From Candidatus Xenobia bacterium (GTDB taxonomy: Bacteria; Vulcanimicrobiota; Xenobia; Xenobiales; QWHO01), in the NCBI GenBank assembly GCA_045863235.1, contig BTUM01000017.1, positions 32,001 through 96,000 on the forward strand: 64,000 nucleotides of DNA, read 5' to 3'. The notes under the pieces are model-generated. The model saw nothing but the letters and a program-made list of their open reading frames with translations, was not told the DNA's origin and did not search any database. Shown here in pieces: positions 29,107-39,117 of this stretch. The position numbers and the translations under genes were made by a program. Position 1 is the first letter of the stretch. Each line of letters starts with the position of its first letter.

Positions 29107-29417
29107 TAGAGGTCGATGCGGTCTTCTTCCTCCTTGCCCTCCAACATCAGTTGGAAAGCTCGCAAGACCTTCAAGAGAAGTCGGCCCGGGCCGCTGAACT
29201 TCTTCTTCTCCAGCGTGTCGATGGTGGCATCCAGGTCATCGAGCATCGTGCGCAGCTCATTGGCCGCGCGCCCCCCTTGCAGGCCCGAAGTTTGGATGTC
29301 GAGCCGCAACTTGTAAGCTTCGTTCAAAGCTGCCTGCGTCTTGTTGAAGCGCACGAAAGTATTGACGCGAGCGTTACGCTCGCTGATCTCTGTCATGGTG
29401 ATGGCGTCGAAACTCAT
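29106..29417 (-). CDS. Hypothetical small helical protein (103 aa)
   Basis: ATGA overlap with the upstream TPR-ankyrin gene; MSFDAITMTEISERNARV... amphipathic helices. Confidence 0.75.
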   Translation of the reverse strand: MSFDAITMTEISERNARVNTFVRFNKTQAALNEAYKLRLDIQTSGLQGGRAANELRTMLDDLDATIDTLEKKKFSGPGRLLLKVLRAFQLMLEGKEEEDRIDL

Positions 29418-31327
29418 TGCAGCTTCATGTGCTTCTTCAGCGCTCTTACCACTTCTTTGTGCCCGAACTGCTGGGCCAGTTTGAGGGGGGTGAGACTCTG
29501 GTTCTTCTCGACCATGTTCGGATCCGAGCCATTGATCAGCAGACACTCGACCAGAGCCACATAGCCTTTGGCTGCTGCCATATGCAGGGGAGTCTGGCCA
29601 GAGTTATCGGCCACGCTGGTATGGGCCCCTTTGGCGATGAGAGCCACAACGGTGTTGAGGTGCCCACCCAGGGCCGCCCAGTGAAGCGGAGTTCGCCCCT
29701 TGTCATCCCGGCGGTCGACGTCCGCTCCGAGTCCCACGAGTTTATCGATCAAGAGTTCGCGATTGCGGCGCGCAGCCCAGTGGAGAGGAGCCTGACCATC
29801 GAGTCCAGGGTTGTTCCAATCGGCCCCGGCCTCGATCAGCTCTTTGATGACTCGCTCAAAGTTCCAGAAGACCGCGACATCCATGGCGGTCATGGTCTTC
29901 CCCTGACCGGATCTCCAGTCTGCTCCAGTCTCCAGCAAGGCTCTCACGAGATCGTCGTGGCCGGCGTAAGCCGCCCACTGAAGCCCGCCCCAGCCCGAGA
30001 CATCCTTCCAGCGTACCAGGTCTGGATGCCTGGCAGTCAGCTCACGAAGCTCGGACCGATCGCCACGCAAGCAGATATCCACCAGTTGAACCGCCCGCAG
30101 CTCCTCGGAGAGCTCTTCGCCATGAGCTCGAGCCACCAGGCCCCGCAGACCCTCCATGGTCTTGTCCAGAATGCCCCGCTCGTTGCCGATCTCGCTCTGA
30201 ACCAGCCGCAATACTTTGCCATACAGTGGTTCCGCCTCGGCGACCTTGTTCTGTCCCAGGCGCACCTCGGCCAGGTCGAGACAGGTCAGAGCCAGACGGA
30301 TTGGCTCAGGGCGCTCTTCCGACTCGACCTGGTCCAGGATGCGCTTGAAGATATTCTCGGCATCGAAATACTTGCGGAGCTTTCGATAGGCGTTGGCCAG
30401 GGTTGCAAGAGTCTGGGAAACCTCCGGATGCTTGCCACCCAGCAGCTTCTCCTGAATGGTCAGAGCTCGGCGAGCCAGGTCGAGAGCTTCCTGGTCCTTC
30501 CCCGCCAGAAGGTTCAAATAGGCAAGCAGATTGATGGCCTGGGCCGACTCGGCGCTGCTGGCCCCGAAGCTCTTCTCTCGGATGGCCAGGACGCGCTTGA
30601 CCACCGGGATGCCTGCCTCGAAGTTCTCCTCAGCACTGTAACAGGTGGCCAGATCGAACAACAATCGGCCCAAAATGGGATGGCCAGTGCCCAGAGTCTG
30701 CTCGTAGATCGGCATCACCTGGAGATAGAGCGCCTCGGCTTTGACGAATTGACGTTGCAGGCGGTAGAAATTCGCAAGCGAGTGGATCAGTGCCACCGCC
30801 ACCGTACTGCGGGACCCGGCTTGCCGCTCGACGGTCTCAACCGCCTCCCGAAGACTCCCTTCGGTCCCCTCGGGCTCGCCCTTCTCGTAGGCCTCGGCAG
30901 CCTGGTCGGCCAACGTCCGCGCTTTCAACTCAACGCTGACGTCGTGGAGATCCTGGAGCGCCTTGTAGAGAATGAAGAGCACGCAAAGCCCGAACCCGGC
31001 CCCGGCCCCAACGAGAAAATACACGAGGGGGGCGCCAGCGACATACTCGAGAAACAGGGCTGAGCTGCAACCGGGAATCACCGCCCCCAGGATGGTGATC
31101 AGGAATTGACGAGCCAGGGAACGGGAAAACATCCCTCGCGAGAGCGAGTTGGCCATCGCTCCGAACGCCCCGGTGGCAAGAATCAGGGCAGTCAGAAAGC
31201 CAACCCCCCAGAACAGGCCCTTGGTGCGGGCCAGGCCGATCGCACCAGCAATGGCCCCCCCCAACATGGCCAGCAAAGTGGCCAGAAGCAAGTAACCGAG
31301 GACCGTCTTCGCGCTCCATTCCGACAT
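29414..31327 (-). CDS. Membrane-anchored TPR plus ankyrin repeat protein
   Basis: About 4 N-terminal TMs; kinesin-light-chain-like TPRs (LG..HP..A..L..LA); ankyrin repeats GQAPLHWAA, GRTPLHWAA, GQTPLHMAA, LTPLKLA; start uncertain. Confidence 0.9.
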   Translation of the reverse strand: MSEWSAKTVLGYLLLATLLAMLGGAIAGAIGLARTKGLFWGVGFLTALILATGAFGAMANSLSRGMFSRSLARQFLITILGAVIPGCSSALFLEYVAGAPLVYFLVGAGAGFGLCVLFILYKALQDLHDVSVELKARTLADQAAEAYEKGEPEGTEGSLREAVETVERQAGSRSTVAVALIHSLANFYRLQRQFVKAEALYLQVMPIYEQTLGTGHPILGRLLFDLATCYSAEENFEAGIPVVKRVLAIREKSFGASSAESAQAINLLAYLNLLAGKDQEALDLARRALTIQEKLLGGKHPEVSQTLATLANAYRKLRKYFDAENIFKRILDQVESEERPEPIRLALTCLDLAEVRLGQNKVAEAEPLYGKVLRLVQSEIGNERGILDKTMEGLRGLVARAHGEELSEELRAVQLVDICLRGDRSELRELTARHPDLVRWKDVSGWGGLQWAAYAGHDDLVRALLETGADWRSGQGKTMTAMDVAVFWNFERVIKELIEAGADWNNPGLDGQAPLHWAARRNRELLIDKLVGLGADVDRRDDKGRTPLHWAALGGHLNTVVALIAKGAHTSVADNSGQTPLHMAAAKGYVALVECLLINGSDPNMVEKNQSLTPLKLAQQFGHKEVVRALKKHMKLQ

Positions 31328-31505
31328 TCGGCGCGGCGTGTCCCTCAACGGCTGCAGGAAGTCGGCTGCCCCGGCGCTCAACCCTGCTCTATCCTTCCAG
31401 CAAGCAACATGCTCTAAATTGAATTTTTTCGACACTCAAGCGAGAAGGCCTTTTCATCTACCCAGCCCAGAAGGTTGGCGGCTCTCCGACCTGAAACTCG
31501 CTTCC

Positions 31506-32543
31506 ATGGGGAAGTATGCCAGCTGGCTGGAAAAAGTTCCTGACGGCAACTCCGGCGCCAGAGTTCGCGACTTGTCCGACCAGCGCCTTGGGCAGGTCAA
31601 CTCGCGTCAGCTCGACTGGCTGGAAGACAACGTCGATCTGACCGCTCCTGAGCTCGACCAGCTCAGCCCGGATCGGCTCCTGGAGCGCTTCGGTCAAACC
31701 CCGCGCCGGCGCAAAGCGGAAAATCCCGAGTGGGACGTCAATGACGCCCGTTTGATGCGCACTCTGGTCTGGCAATTCCACCTGCAACTCCGTGCCGGCC
31801 AAACTCGACCCGTGCGCGGCACTCTGCGAGGCTTCTGGCTGATCAGAGTCCGGCCACTGTGGCAATCCCTTGGCCTGCTCAAGCCGGGCGAAGGCTATGA
31901 GGGGGACACCGAGCGCTCTCGCTATCTGATCCGCGTCCTCGATGAGGCCTTCGACGCCTTTGTCCTGGAAGGAATCTTTCGCTATCAAGACCTGGAAGTC
32001 TACGATACCCGCGAACGTTTCAGGCTGATTGGCCGGGAGTTGCCTCGCCTGATTTTCTATACCGACCGAGAGGAGTTGTTCTGGCTTTGCCGTGAGTTCA
32101 GCGAGCGTTTCCAGGTCAGCGCCTTCTGCTCGGCCGGCCCGCCGAGTCTGGTCAGTTGCGAGTGGATCACTCGCGACCTCCTGCGTCGCCAGGCTCGCAA
32201 TCTTCGCATCGCGGCCCTTACCGACTTCGATCCAACCGGGCGCGAGGACGCTTTGCTCCTCGGTCACAAGCTCTCCGCCACGGTCTTCGGGTTCCAGTCA
32301 GTGCAGACCACCGTTCTGACCGAGCTCAGCCTGTTCTCCGACGAAGTCATCGCCGTGGCTGCCAGGCCCTTGCGCCATGATCGAGGACTGGCAACCTGGC
32401 TCTCTCAAGGGGGAGGCATCGGGGGCGAAGGGCTGGGTCTGCCCATTGCACTGGCCGACCCTGAACGAATTCTAGCCCGATTCCGAAGCTGGTATGAAAA
32501 CCAGACCCGACCTTCGCGAACTCAGAAGAGCTCGAGCTGCTGA
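31506..32543 (+). CDS. TopoVI-A/JetD-like TOPRIM-domain protein, probably degenerate
   Basis: C-terminal LIFYTDRE...SAGPPS...IAALTDFDPTG resembles the TOPRIM E-K..G.PS..DxDP.G pattern; TLRGFWL resembles the winged-helix T.R..YY motif. Confidence 0.6.
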   Translation: MGKYASWLEKVPDGNSGARVRDLSDQRLGQVNSRQLDWLEDNVDLTAPELDQLSPDRLLERFGQTPRRRKAENPEWDVNDARLMRTLVWQFHLQLRAGQTRPVRGTLRGFWLIRVRPLWQSLGLLKPGEGYEGDTERSRYLIRVLDEAFDAFVLEGIFRYQDLEVYDTRERFRLIGRELPRLIFYTDREELFWLCREFSERFQVSAFCSAGPPSLVSCEWITRDLLRRQARNLRIAALTDFDPTGREDALLLGHKLSATVFGFQSVQTTVLTELSLFSDEVIAVAARPLRHDRGLATWLSQGGGIGGEGLGLPIALADPERILARFRSWYENQTRPSRTQKSSSC

Positions 32544-33568
32544 GGCTGGCGCTCGGCCTGCGGATTTCGAAAGGCGGCGACCGACAGCTCTTCGACGGGC
32601 TCAAAACCGTTGCGATCTCGAGCGATCTCGAACAACCTGAGCATCTGGTCGGCAAAGGGCCCCTGGCCACGAAAGCGGCTGCCAAAATTGGGATCGTTCA
32701 GCTTGCCTCCTCGCATGGAGCGCACCCGGTTGAGCACTTTCTCCCTTCGGTGAGGGTAGTGCTCTGCGAGCCAGGCTGAGAAGAGCTCACTCACACCGTG
32801 AGGAAGCCGCAAGGGAATGTAGCCTGCAAAGCGCGCCCCGCTCTGGCGCGCGCTGGAGAGAATGGCACTCAACTCGTGATCGTTGAGGCCAGGAATCATG
32901 GGGGCAGCCATGACTCCAACCGGCACGCCCGCCCCGGCCAACTTCTCGATGGCCGCGAGGCGCCTGCGAGGCTGGGAGGCACGGGGCTCGAGCTTTCGCG
33001 ACAGCTCGAGGTCGAGACTGGTTATGGAAAGCGTCACGCGACAAGCCTGGAAGCGAGACAGCTCGGCCAGCAAATCAAGGTCGCGCGTGACCAGGTGGTT
33101 CTTGGTGATGAGCAACACGGGATTGCGGAAGTCGAGCAGCACCTCCAGGCAGCGTCGGGTCAGTTCGAGCCCTCGTTCCGCTGGCTGGTAGGGATCGGTA
33201 ACACCGCTCAGGGCGATCGGCTGGGGCCTGTAACCGGGCTGCGCAAGCTCGCGGCGCAGCAGGTCGGGCGCATCCTCTTTGACCAGGATACGTGTCTCAA
33301 AGTCGAGCCCTGCCGAGAATCCCAGATACTCGTGCGTGGGACGAGCATAGCAGTAAGCACAACCGTGCTCGCATCCTCGATAGGGATTGAGACTGCGGTC
33401 GAAGGGCACGTCGGGGCTCTCGTTGGATGACAGCACTGTACGGCTGGCGTCACGCAAGAACAGAGTCTTGGGGTCAGGGCGCTCGGCCGGATCGAGCTCG
33501 GGGTCGGCGATCAGTTCGATGCGCTCGAAACGGTTGGCAGGATTAAGGCTCGCCCCTCGGCCATGCAT
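32522..33568 (-). CDS. PA0069 family radical SAM protein (SPL-like)
   Basis: GRGA..NPANRFE, SLNPYRGCEHGCAYCYARPTHEYLG, TDPYQPAE, APMIPGLND. Confidence 0.93.
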   Translation of the reverse strand: MHGRGASLNPANRFERIELIADPELDPAERPDPKTLFLRDASRTVLSSNESPDVPFDRSLNPYRGCEHGCAYCYARPTHEYLGFSAGLDFETRILVKEDAPDLLRRELAQPGYRPQPIALSGVTDPYQPAERGLELTRRCLEVLLDFRNPVLLITKNHLVTRDLDLLAELSRFQACRVTLSITSLDLELSRKLEPRASQPRRRLAAIEKLAGAGVPVGVMAAPMIPGLNDHELSAILSSARQSGARFAGYIPLRLPHGVSELFSAWLAEHYPHRREKVLNRVRSMRGGKLNDPNFGSRFRGQGPFADQMLRLFEIARDRNGFEPVEELSVAAFRNPQAERQPQQLELF

Positions 33569-33624
33569 TGAGAGAACTTCGACTTCGAAGGAAGGCGTGC
33601 CTCTTCTGGCAAAGCTCTTCGCCC

Positions 33625-34386
33625 GTGAGTGATCGAGAAAGCAACCTGGCCGTCTTCATTGACTTCGAGAATTTGGCCATCGGCATCAAGAGTGCCCACT
33701 ACGAGAAGTTCGACATCAACCTGTTCCTCAAACGCCTGCTAGAGAAGGGTAGAGTGCTGTTCAAGCGGGCTTACGCCGACTGGTCGCGCTACCACGACTA
33801 CAAGCGGCCGATGCACGAAGCGGCGGTAGAGTTGATGGACATCCCCCAGCGAGGCATCTCGGGCAAGAACAACGCTGACATTCGCATGGTCGTGGATGCG
33901 CTGGATGTCTGCTACGCTCGCAGCCACATCGATGTCTTCGTCATCGCCTCCGGCGACAGCGATTTCTCCCCGCTGGTCTCAAAGCTTCGCGAGAACGGCA
34001 AGCAGGTTCTGGGCATGGGAGTCAAGGACTCTACCAGCAATCTCTTGATCGACAACTGCGACGAATTCATCTTCTATGAAGACCTGATCCGCGGCAACAA
34101 GCGCGTCTCGTCGCGCCTGGAAGGGCTGCCCGCCAAGAAGCAGGAGGTGTTCGGCCTGATGGTGGACGCCATTCTCGCTCTGGAACGAGAGAGCCGCGAG
34201 ATCCTTTGGGGTTCGATGGTCAAGCAGACCATGCAGCGCCTCAAACCAACTTTCAACGAAGACTACTATGGGTATCGCACCTTCTCCGACCTACTGGAAG
34301 ACGCAGCCCGCAAGGGTCTAGTTGACATCGAGCGGGATGATCGCAGCGGCTCCTACATCGTGCTCGACCTGCTGGCGGTCGAGTAA
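33625..34386 (+). CDS. NYN (LabA/DUF88) domain protein with C-terminal OST-HTH
   Basis: AVFIDFEN, GKNNADIRMVVDA, SGDSDFSPLV, CDEFIFY, FNEDYYGYRTFSDLL. Confidence 0.92.
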   Translation: MSDRESNLAVFIDFENLAIGIKSAHYEKFDINLFLKRLLEKGRVLFKRAYADWSRYHDYKRPMHEAAVELMDIPQRGISGKNNADIRMVVDALDVCYARSHIDVFVIASGDSDFSPLVSKLRENGKQVLGMGVKDSTSNLLIDNCDEFIFYEDLIRGNKRVSSRLEGLPAKKQEVFGLMVDAILALERESREILWGSMVKQTMQRLKPTFNEDYYGYRTFSDLLEDAARKGLVDIERDDRSGSYIVLDLLAVE

Positions 34387-34392
34387 GGGGTT

Positions 34393-35178
34393 GTGAGACC
34401 CTGGCTGGCCACGCCCCTGCTGGTGGCAACGGTGGTACTGGCCTGCCAGCCAGCCGCGGCCCCTGCCAGCCCGCCGATCCGACTCGGTTACAAAGTGGTG
34501 GCCGAGTACCCCCATGATCCCGGGGCCTACACCCAGGGCCTCACCTTCGATGAGGGCCGATTGTACGAGAGCGTGGGGCAGTACGGCAAGTCGGGCCTGC
34601 GCGAGGTGGATCTCGAAACCGGAAAACTCAAGCGCAACCACCTGCTTCCGGCCGAACTGTTCGGCGAAGGCCTGGCCATCATCGGCTCGCGCATCTTTCA
34701 GCTCACCTGGCGCGAGGGAATGGGTCTGGTTTATGACAAGGAGCGGTTTCAGGTGACCGGCTCGTTTCAGTACTCGGGGGAAGGCTGGGGCCTCACCAGC
34801 GAGGGACAGCGTCTGTTGATGAGCGATGGAAGCTCTCAACTGCGCTGGCTGGATGCCCAGACTCTCCGGGAGGTGGGTCGGCTCCAGGTCACCGACCAGG
34901 GACGGCCGCTGGAGCGACTCAATGAGTTAGAGTTCGTCCAGGGTCAGGTGCTGGCCAATGTCTATATGACTGACTTCATCGCTCGAATCGACCCGGCCAG
35001 CGGTCGCGTGACCGGCTGGCTCGACCTCACCGGCCTGCTCAAACGAGACCAGCTCGAGCCAGGCTCTCAGGCGGAGGTACTCAACGGCATCGCTTATGAG
35101 CCTGCCTCAAAGCGGCTGTTCGTCACGGGAAAGTACTGGCCAAAACTCTTTGAGATCGAGGTTACAGCGAAGCCTTGA
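34393..35178 (+). CDS. Glutaminyl-peptide cyclotransferase (lipoprotein)
   Basis: Lipobox VLA-C; YPHDPGAYTQGL, ESVGQYG, FGEGL, EGWGL, LNELE, VLNGIAY, TGKYW. Confidence 0.93.
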   Translation: MRPWLATPLLVATVVLACQPAAAPASPPIRLGYKVVAEYPHDPGAYTQGLTFDEGRLYESVGQYGKSGLREVDLETGKLKRNHLLPAELFGEGLAIIGSRIFQLTWREGMGLVYDKERFQVTGSFQYSGEGWGLTSEGQRLLMSDGSSQLRWLDAQTLREVGRLQVTDQGRPLERLNELEFVQGQVLANVYMTDFIARIDPASGRVTGWLDLTGLLKRDQLEPGSQAEVLNGIAYEPASKRLFVTGKYWPKLFEIEVTAKP

Positions 35179-35233
35179 CGAATGATAGTACCATTGTACC
35201 AGCCATCTTGATCTGAGGAGAGCAAACGAGACT

Positions 35234-35527
35234 TTGGACGAATCCAAAAAGGGCGCCTACGACAACGTCTACATGCAAGAGATGCTGGACGCCGTTTCCA
35301 AGCAAGAAGGGCACCGCGACAAGGGTCTCAAGCAGATCTCCAAAATCGGGCAAAAGAACAAGGGCGCCAGTATGATGCTGCGCATCGTCCTCATCTTGAC
35401 TTTCCTGGGCCTCCTCGCCGGCGGGGTCTGGCTGGCCGCCGCCGAGCCTCAGTATACCTATGTCATCGGGGGCTTCCTGGCGATGTTCGCCCTGTTCGGG
35501 TTCATCGTAGGCTTCTTGCGCCATTAG
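35234..35527 (+). CDS. Small hypothetical membrane protein (2 TM)
   Basis: GAGGAG SD, TTG start, two C-terminal hydrophobic helices. Confidence 0.75.
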   Translation: MDESKKGAYDNVYMQEMLDAVSKQEGHRDKGLKQISKIGQKNKGASMMLRIVLILTFLGLLAGGVWLAAAEPQYTYVIGGFLAMFALFGFIVGFLRH

Positions 35528-35579
35528 CAGAGTGAGGAACTGGGGCGCCCGTTCCTGCATACTGTGAGCAGGTCTACTC

Positions 35580-36992
35580 TCAGAGCGGAAATTCGCTCAT
35601 CTCGGTATAAGTGGCGGGAGCCGGGGCGGGAGCCTCGTAGTCCTGACGCTGCTCCAGGTTTCTGAAGCTGGCGAAGCGCTTCACGAACGACAGCTCGACG
35701 CTATCAACCGGTCCGTTGCGCTGCTTGGCCAGGATGACTTCGGCGATGTTGGTCTTCTCGCTGTGGGGATTGTAGTATTCGTCGCGATAGATGAAGGCCA
35801 CCACGTCAGCGTCCTGTTCGATGGCACCCGATTCGCGCAGGTCCGAAAGGCTGGGACGTTTGTCCTGGCGCGACTCGACTCCGCGGCCGACCTGCGAGAG
35901 AGCCATCACCGGCACGCGCAATTCTTTAGCCAGTCCCTTGAGATTCCGGGAGATGTCCGAGATCTCCTGAACGCGGTTCTCGATCTTGCCTGACCCACGC
36001 ATCAGCTGCAGGTAGTCGATGATGATCAGGTCGAGCCCGTGACGCTTTTGCAGGCGCCGGCATTTGGCCTTCATTTCCAACACGGTGATGCCCGAAGTGT
36101 CATCGATGAACAGCGGAGCTTCAGCAAGCTGGTTCATGGCCCGGGTAATGCGCTGCCAATCCTGGTCCTTGAGGCTGCCTCGACGCACGTCCTGGGCATC
36201 CACCGAGGCCGTTGAGCAGAGCACGCGGGAAACCAGCTCTTCTTTGGACATCTCCAGCGAGAACACGGCCGCTACCCCGGGTTTCTCGCGGTTGAGCACG
36301 ACATTCTGAGCGATGGAGAGACAGAACGCCGTCTTGCCCATGGCCGGGCGGGCGGCGATCACGATAAAGTTGCCCGGGTGGAGCCCGGCAGTCAGGTGGT
36401 CGAGCTCGTGGAAACCGGTAGGCAAGCCCGTGACCGGTCGGCGATTCTTGAAGCGCTCGTAGATCTGGTCAAACGTGTGTTGCAGCGTGGGCTTGATCTG
36501 AACCAGATCCTGACGGCTGCGCTTGTCGGCCACGGCAAAGACGATCTCCTCGGCGCGGTCGACCTTGTGGGCGACCTCCACCTCGCCGTCCATGGCCAGC
36601 CGGGCGATGGCCGTGCCCGCAAGTTGCAGCCGCCGCTCGGTGGCCCGCTCAGCCACGATGCGAGCATAGCTGGCCACGTGGGCCGAGGTCTGCACCATCG
36701 AGGTGATCATGTCAAGGTAGGCGGCTCCGCCCGCCATTTCGAGCTTGTCGCGACTGCGAAGCTCGTTGATCACGGTAATCAGGTCGACATTGTGATTCTT
36801 CTCGGCCAGGCTCTGGATGGCCAGCCAGATCTCCTGGTGAGACTCACGGTAGAAGTCGTCCGAGGCAGCCAGGATCTCGGCAACCTTGTCGACCGCCTCG
36901 GGATCGAGCAGGCAGGCCCCCAGACAGGCCTGCTCGGCTTCGATATTGTGGGCCGGAACGTGAAGAGAGAGCTCGGGTGCCGCAGCCTGCAA
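35580..36992 (-). CDS. dnaB: Replicative DNA helicase
   Basis: EAEQACLG, AARPAMGKT, FSLEMS, IDYLQLM, SDLRESGAIEQDAD, KQRNGP; no intein. Confidence 0.98.
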   Translation of the reverse strand: MQAAAPELSLHVPAHNIEAEQACLGACLLDPEAVDKVAEILAASDDFYRESHQEIWLAIQSLAEKNHNVDLITVINELRSRDKLEMAGGAAYLDMITSMVQTSAHVASYARIVAERATERRLQLAGTAIARLAMDGEVEVAHKVDRAEEIVFAVADKRSRQDLVQIKPTLQHTFDQIYERFKNRRPVTGLPTGFHELDHLTAGLHPGNFIVIAARPAMGKTAFCLSIAQNVVLNREKPGVAAVFSLEMSKEELVSRVLCSTASVDAQDVRRGSLKDQDWQRITRAMNQLAEAPLFIDDTSGITVLEMKAKCRRLQKRHGLDLIIIDYLQLMRGSGKIENRVQEISDISRNLKGLAKELRVPVMALSQVGRGVESRQDKRPSLSDLRESGAIEQDADVVAFIYRDEYYNPHSEKTNIAEVILAKQRNGPVDSVELSFVKRFASFRNLEQRQDYEAPAPAPATYTEMSEFPL

Positions 36993-37064
36993 CTAATGTC
37001 CTCTCCCTCTGATCGTGCCTGCACTCCCGCGCGTTGACCGGTTCAGAATGAGAACGCGCGAAAA

Positions 37065-37117
37065 TCTGTTGAACGGCGCCGCGCCAGTACCTGAAATGCT
37101 CAACGCGCGGCGCCTTA
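37065..37117. repeat. Repeat family B copy
   Basis: About 47/54 identical to 3003-3056. Confidence 0.85.
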
Positions 37118-37135
37118 TGCTCACAAGCTGACGAA

Positions 37136-37183
37136 CGCGCCGGAACTGCCTTTCAGCGCCTTGCGAAGTGCAACGCACTTTAG
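37136..37183. repeat. Repeat family C/D copy abutting the lonC stop
   Basis: 37136-37164 is 26/29 identical to 55764-55792; palindrome AAGTGC-AAC-GCACTT overlaps the TAA of lonC. Confidence 0.75.
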
Positions 37184-39117
37184 CCCGCCCCCGGGCGATA
37201 CGGCCCTGGCTCGGGGCTGACCGCGGCCAGCGGGCGCGCCCACGGACGCTCGGGCCAGAGAAACTCGAGCGCTTCGAGCACGGTGGAGACAGCCACCACC
37301 TCAAGGTTCTCGCGCTGGCTGGGAACGTCGTGGAGATTGGCCTCGGGCAGAATGACTGCCTTCATGCCCGACTGGATCGCACCGTAGATTTTCTCGGGGA
37401 TACCCCCCACCGCCTTGACCTTGCCTTGAATGCTGACCTCCCCCGTCATGGCGACATTCTGAGGCATCGGCAGGCCCTCGATGGCGCTGACCAGAGCCAG
37501 CACCACCGCCAGACCGGCAGAGGGACCGTCTACGTTGCCGCCGCCCACCACGTTGACGTGAATGTCGTAGTCGGTCAGGTCTTTGTCGAGCAAGCGGCGA
37601 ATCACGCTGCCGGCATTGAAAACCGAGTCGCGCGCCATTTGGCCGGCGGCTTCGTTGAAACGATGGCTTCCCCGACCGCTCTCGCGGGCCGGGTAAGCAG
37701 CTGCCTCGATCTCCATGCACGAGCCGAGAAAACCCGCCACACCCAGGCCCAGTGTACAACCGACCTCGGGCACGTCGCTGGCTTTGACAGTGACAGCTTT
37801 ACTGAGCCTGTTGGTGCGGGCTACGGCATAGACGTCCTCGGGGGTGACGACCGGTCTGCCACGTTTCTTGGTATCACGGCGCATGAAAGCGTGGCCGTAA
37901 GCATCGGCCAGGATCTGAGCAGCTTTGCGACCTTCCACCGTATAGTGGCTGATGATCGAGGCGGTATCTCCCTTGAGCACGACACCCAATCGCTCGGCGG
38001 CCGATTCCACGATCTGCTGGATCTGGACCGTCGAAAGCGGCTCAAAGAACACCTCGGCGCAGCGCGAGCGGATGGCCGGGGCGATCTCCTCGGGGTCGCG
38101 TGTCGTCGCCCCGATCAAGATGAAGTCAGCTGGCGCGCCCTGAGTGAACAGGCGCTTGATGTACTGGGGCACGCGGGGATCTTCGTCGTCGTAGTAGGAT
38201 GACTCGAACACGATGCGCTTGTCTTCCAGCACTTTCAGCAGCTTGTTTTGAAGAATCGGGTCCAATTCACCTATCTCATCGAGGAAGAGCACCCCGCCGT
38301 GGGCCCGGGTGACCAGGCCCAACTTGGGCTCTGGAATGCCCTCCTCGGCCAGGTCACGCCGCGACCCCTGGTAGATCGGGTCGTGCACCGAGCCGAGCAG
38401 AGGATTGGTGATCTCGCGGGGGTCCCAGCGCAAAATGGTAGCGTCCACCTCCACGAAGGGAGCATCCGCCTTGAATGGGGTGCTGACGAACTGCTTGACC
38501 CTTTCGAGCACCAACCGGGCCACCGTGGTCTTGCCCACGCCGGGCGGGCCGTAGAGCAGGACGTGCTGCGGATAGGGGGTGCCGATCTTGGCGATCAGGG
38601 AGGCCACAGCATCCTGCTGCCCGACCACCTGCGAAAGGTCGGTGGGACGCATGACAGCAAGCGCCGACGCGTCCAGGCCCTTGCCCTCGAGCTCTTCCAG
38701 GTCAGCCAGACGCTTGAGGGTGGTGGAGTTCTCCGGGCCATCCTCTTCTTTGAGGGCTTCCTTGCGCAATTCGCGCATGTAGTCGAGGTGGCGCTCCTGC
38801 ATCTTGTGGGCGATCTTCCGGTCGAGGCTCTCCTCGACGGTGCGCATGGCCACCAGGTTGGCGATCTCTTCCTCCAGACCGTTGAGAACAGTGCGGAAGT
38901 TTCGCGGGACCGGAAGCTCGCTCAGGGTTGGATCCTCCAGGACCAGACGCTGCAGGGCGAGCAGCCGCTCGGGAGCCTGGCTCGAGCGCATCAGCTTGAG
39001 TGCGTCAAGCTTTCCAGCCTTCAAGACCAGCTTGTCAGGTCCGTAGAGATTCGACAGAAAGTCGAACAGGATGTTGATCTTACGGTCGACTTCGCCGCCC
39101 ACGCGCTTCTCAGCCAT
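37180..39117 (-). CDS. lonC: Lon family ATP-dependent protease (LonC type)
   Basis: GPPGVGKTT, DPIYQG, GGVLFLDEIGEL, DGPSAG (Ser), GGIPEK (Lys); rplI-lonC-dnaB synteny. Confidence 0.92.
   Translation of the reverse strand: MAEKRVGGEVDRKINILFDFLSNLYGPDKLVLKAGKLDALKLMRSSQAPERLLALQRLVLEDPTLSELPVPRNFRTVLNGLEEEIANLVAMRTVEESLDRKIAHKMQERHLDYMRELRKEALKEEDGPENSTTLKRLADLEELEGKGLDASALAVMRPTDLSQVVGQQDAVASLIAKIGTPYPQHVLLYGPPGVGKTTVARLVLERVKQFVSTPFKADAPFVEVDATILRWDPREITNPLLGSVHDPIYQGSRRDLAEEGIPEPKLGLVTRAHGGVLFLDEIGELDPILQNKLLKVLEDKRIVFESSYYDDEDPRVPQYIKRLFTQGAPADFILIGATTRDPEEIAPAIRSRCAEVFFEPLSTVQIQQIVESAAERLGVVLKGDTASIISHYTVEGRKAAQILADAYGHAFMRRDTKKRGRPVVTPEDVYAVARTNRLSKAVTVKASDVPEVGCTLGLGVAGFLGSCMEIEAAAYPARESGRGSHRFNEAAGQMARDSVFNAGSVIRRLLDKDLTDYDIHVNVVGGGNVDGPSAGLAVVLALVSAIEGLPMPQNVAMTGEVSIQGKVKAVGGIPEKIYGAIQSGMKAVILPEANLHDVPSQRENLEVVAVSTVLEALEFLWPERPWARPLAAVSPEPGPYRPGAG

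Noticed and set aside
28066..35560. Possible horizontally acquired island (looks somewhat less GC-rich by eye)
   Set aside because: No integrase, tRNA or flanking direct repeats, content is largely housekeeping, and GC was not computed.
35580..36992. Intein in dnaB
   Set aside because: The 470-aa length is normal and motifs are contiguous.
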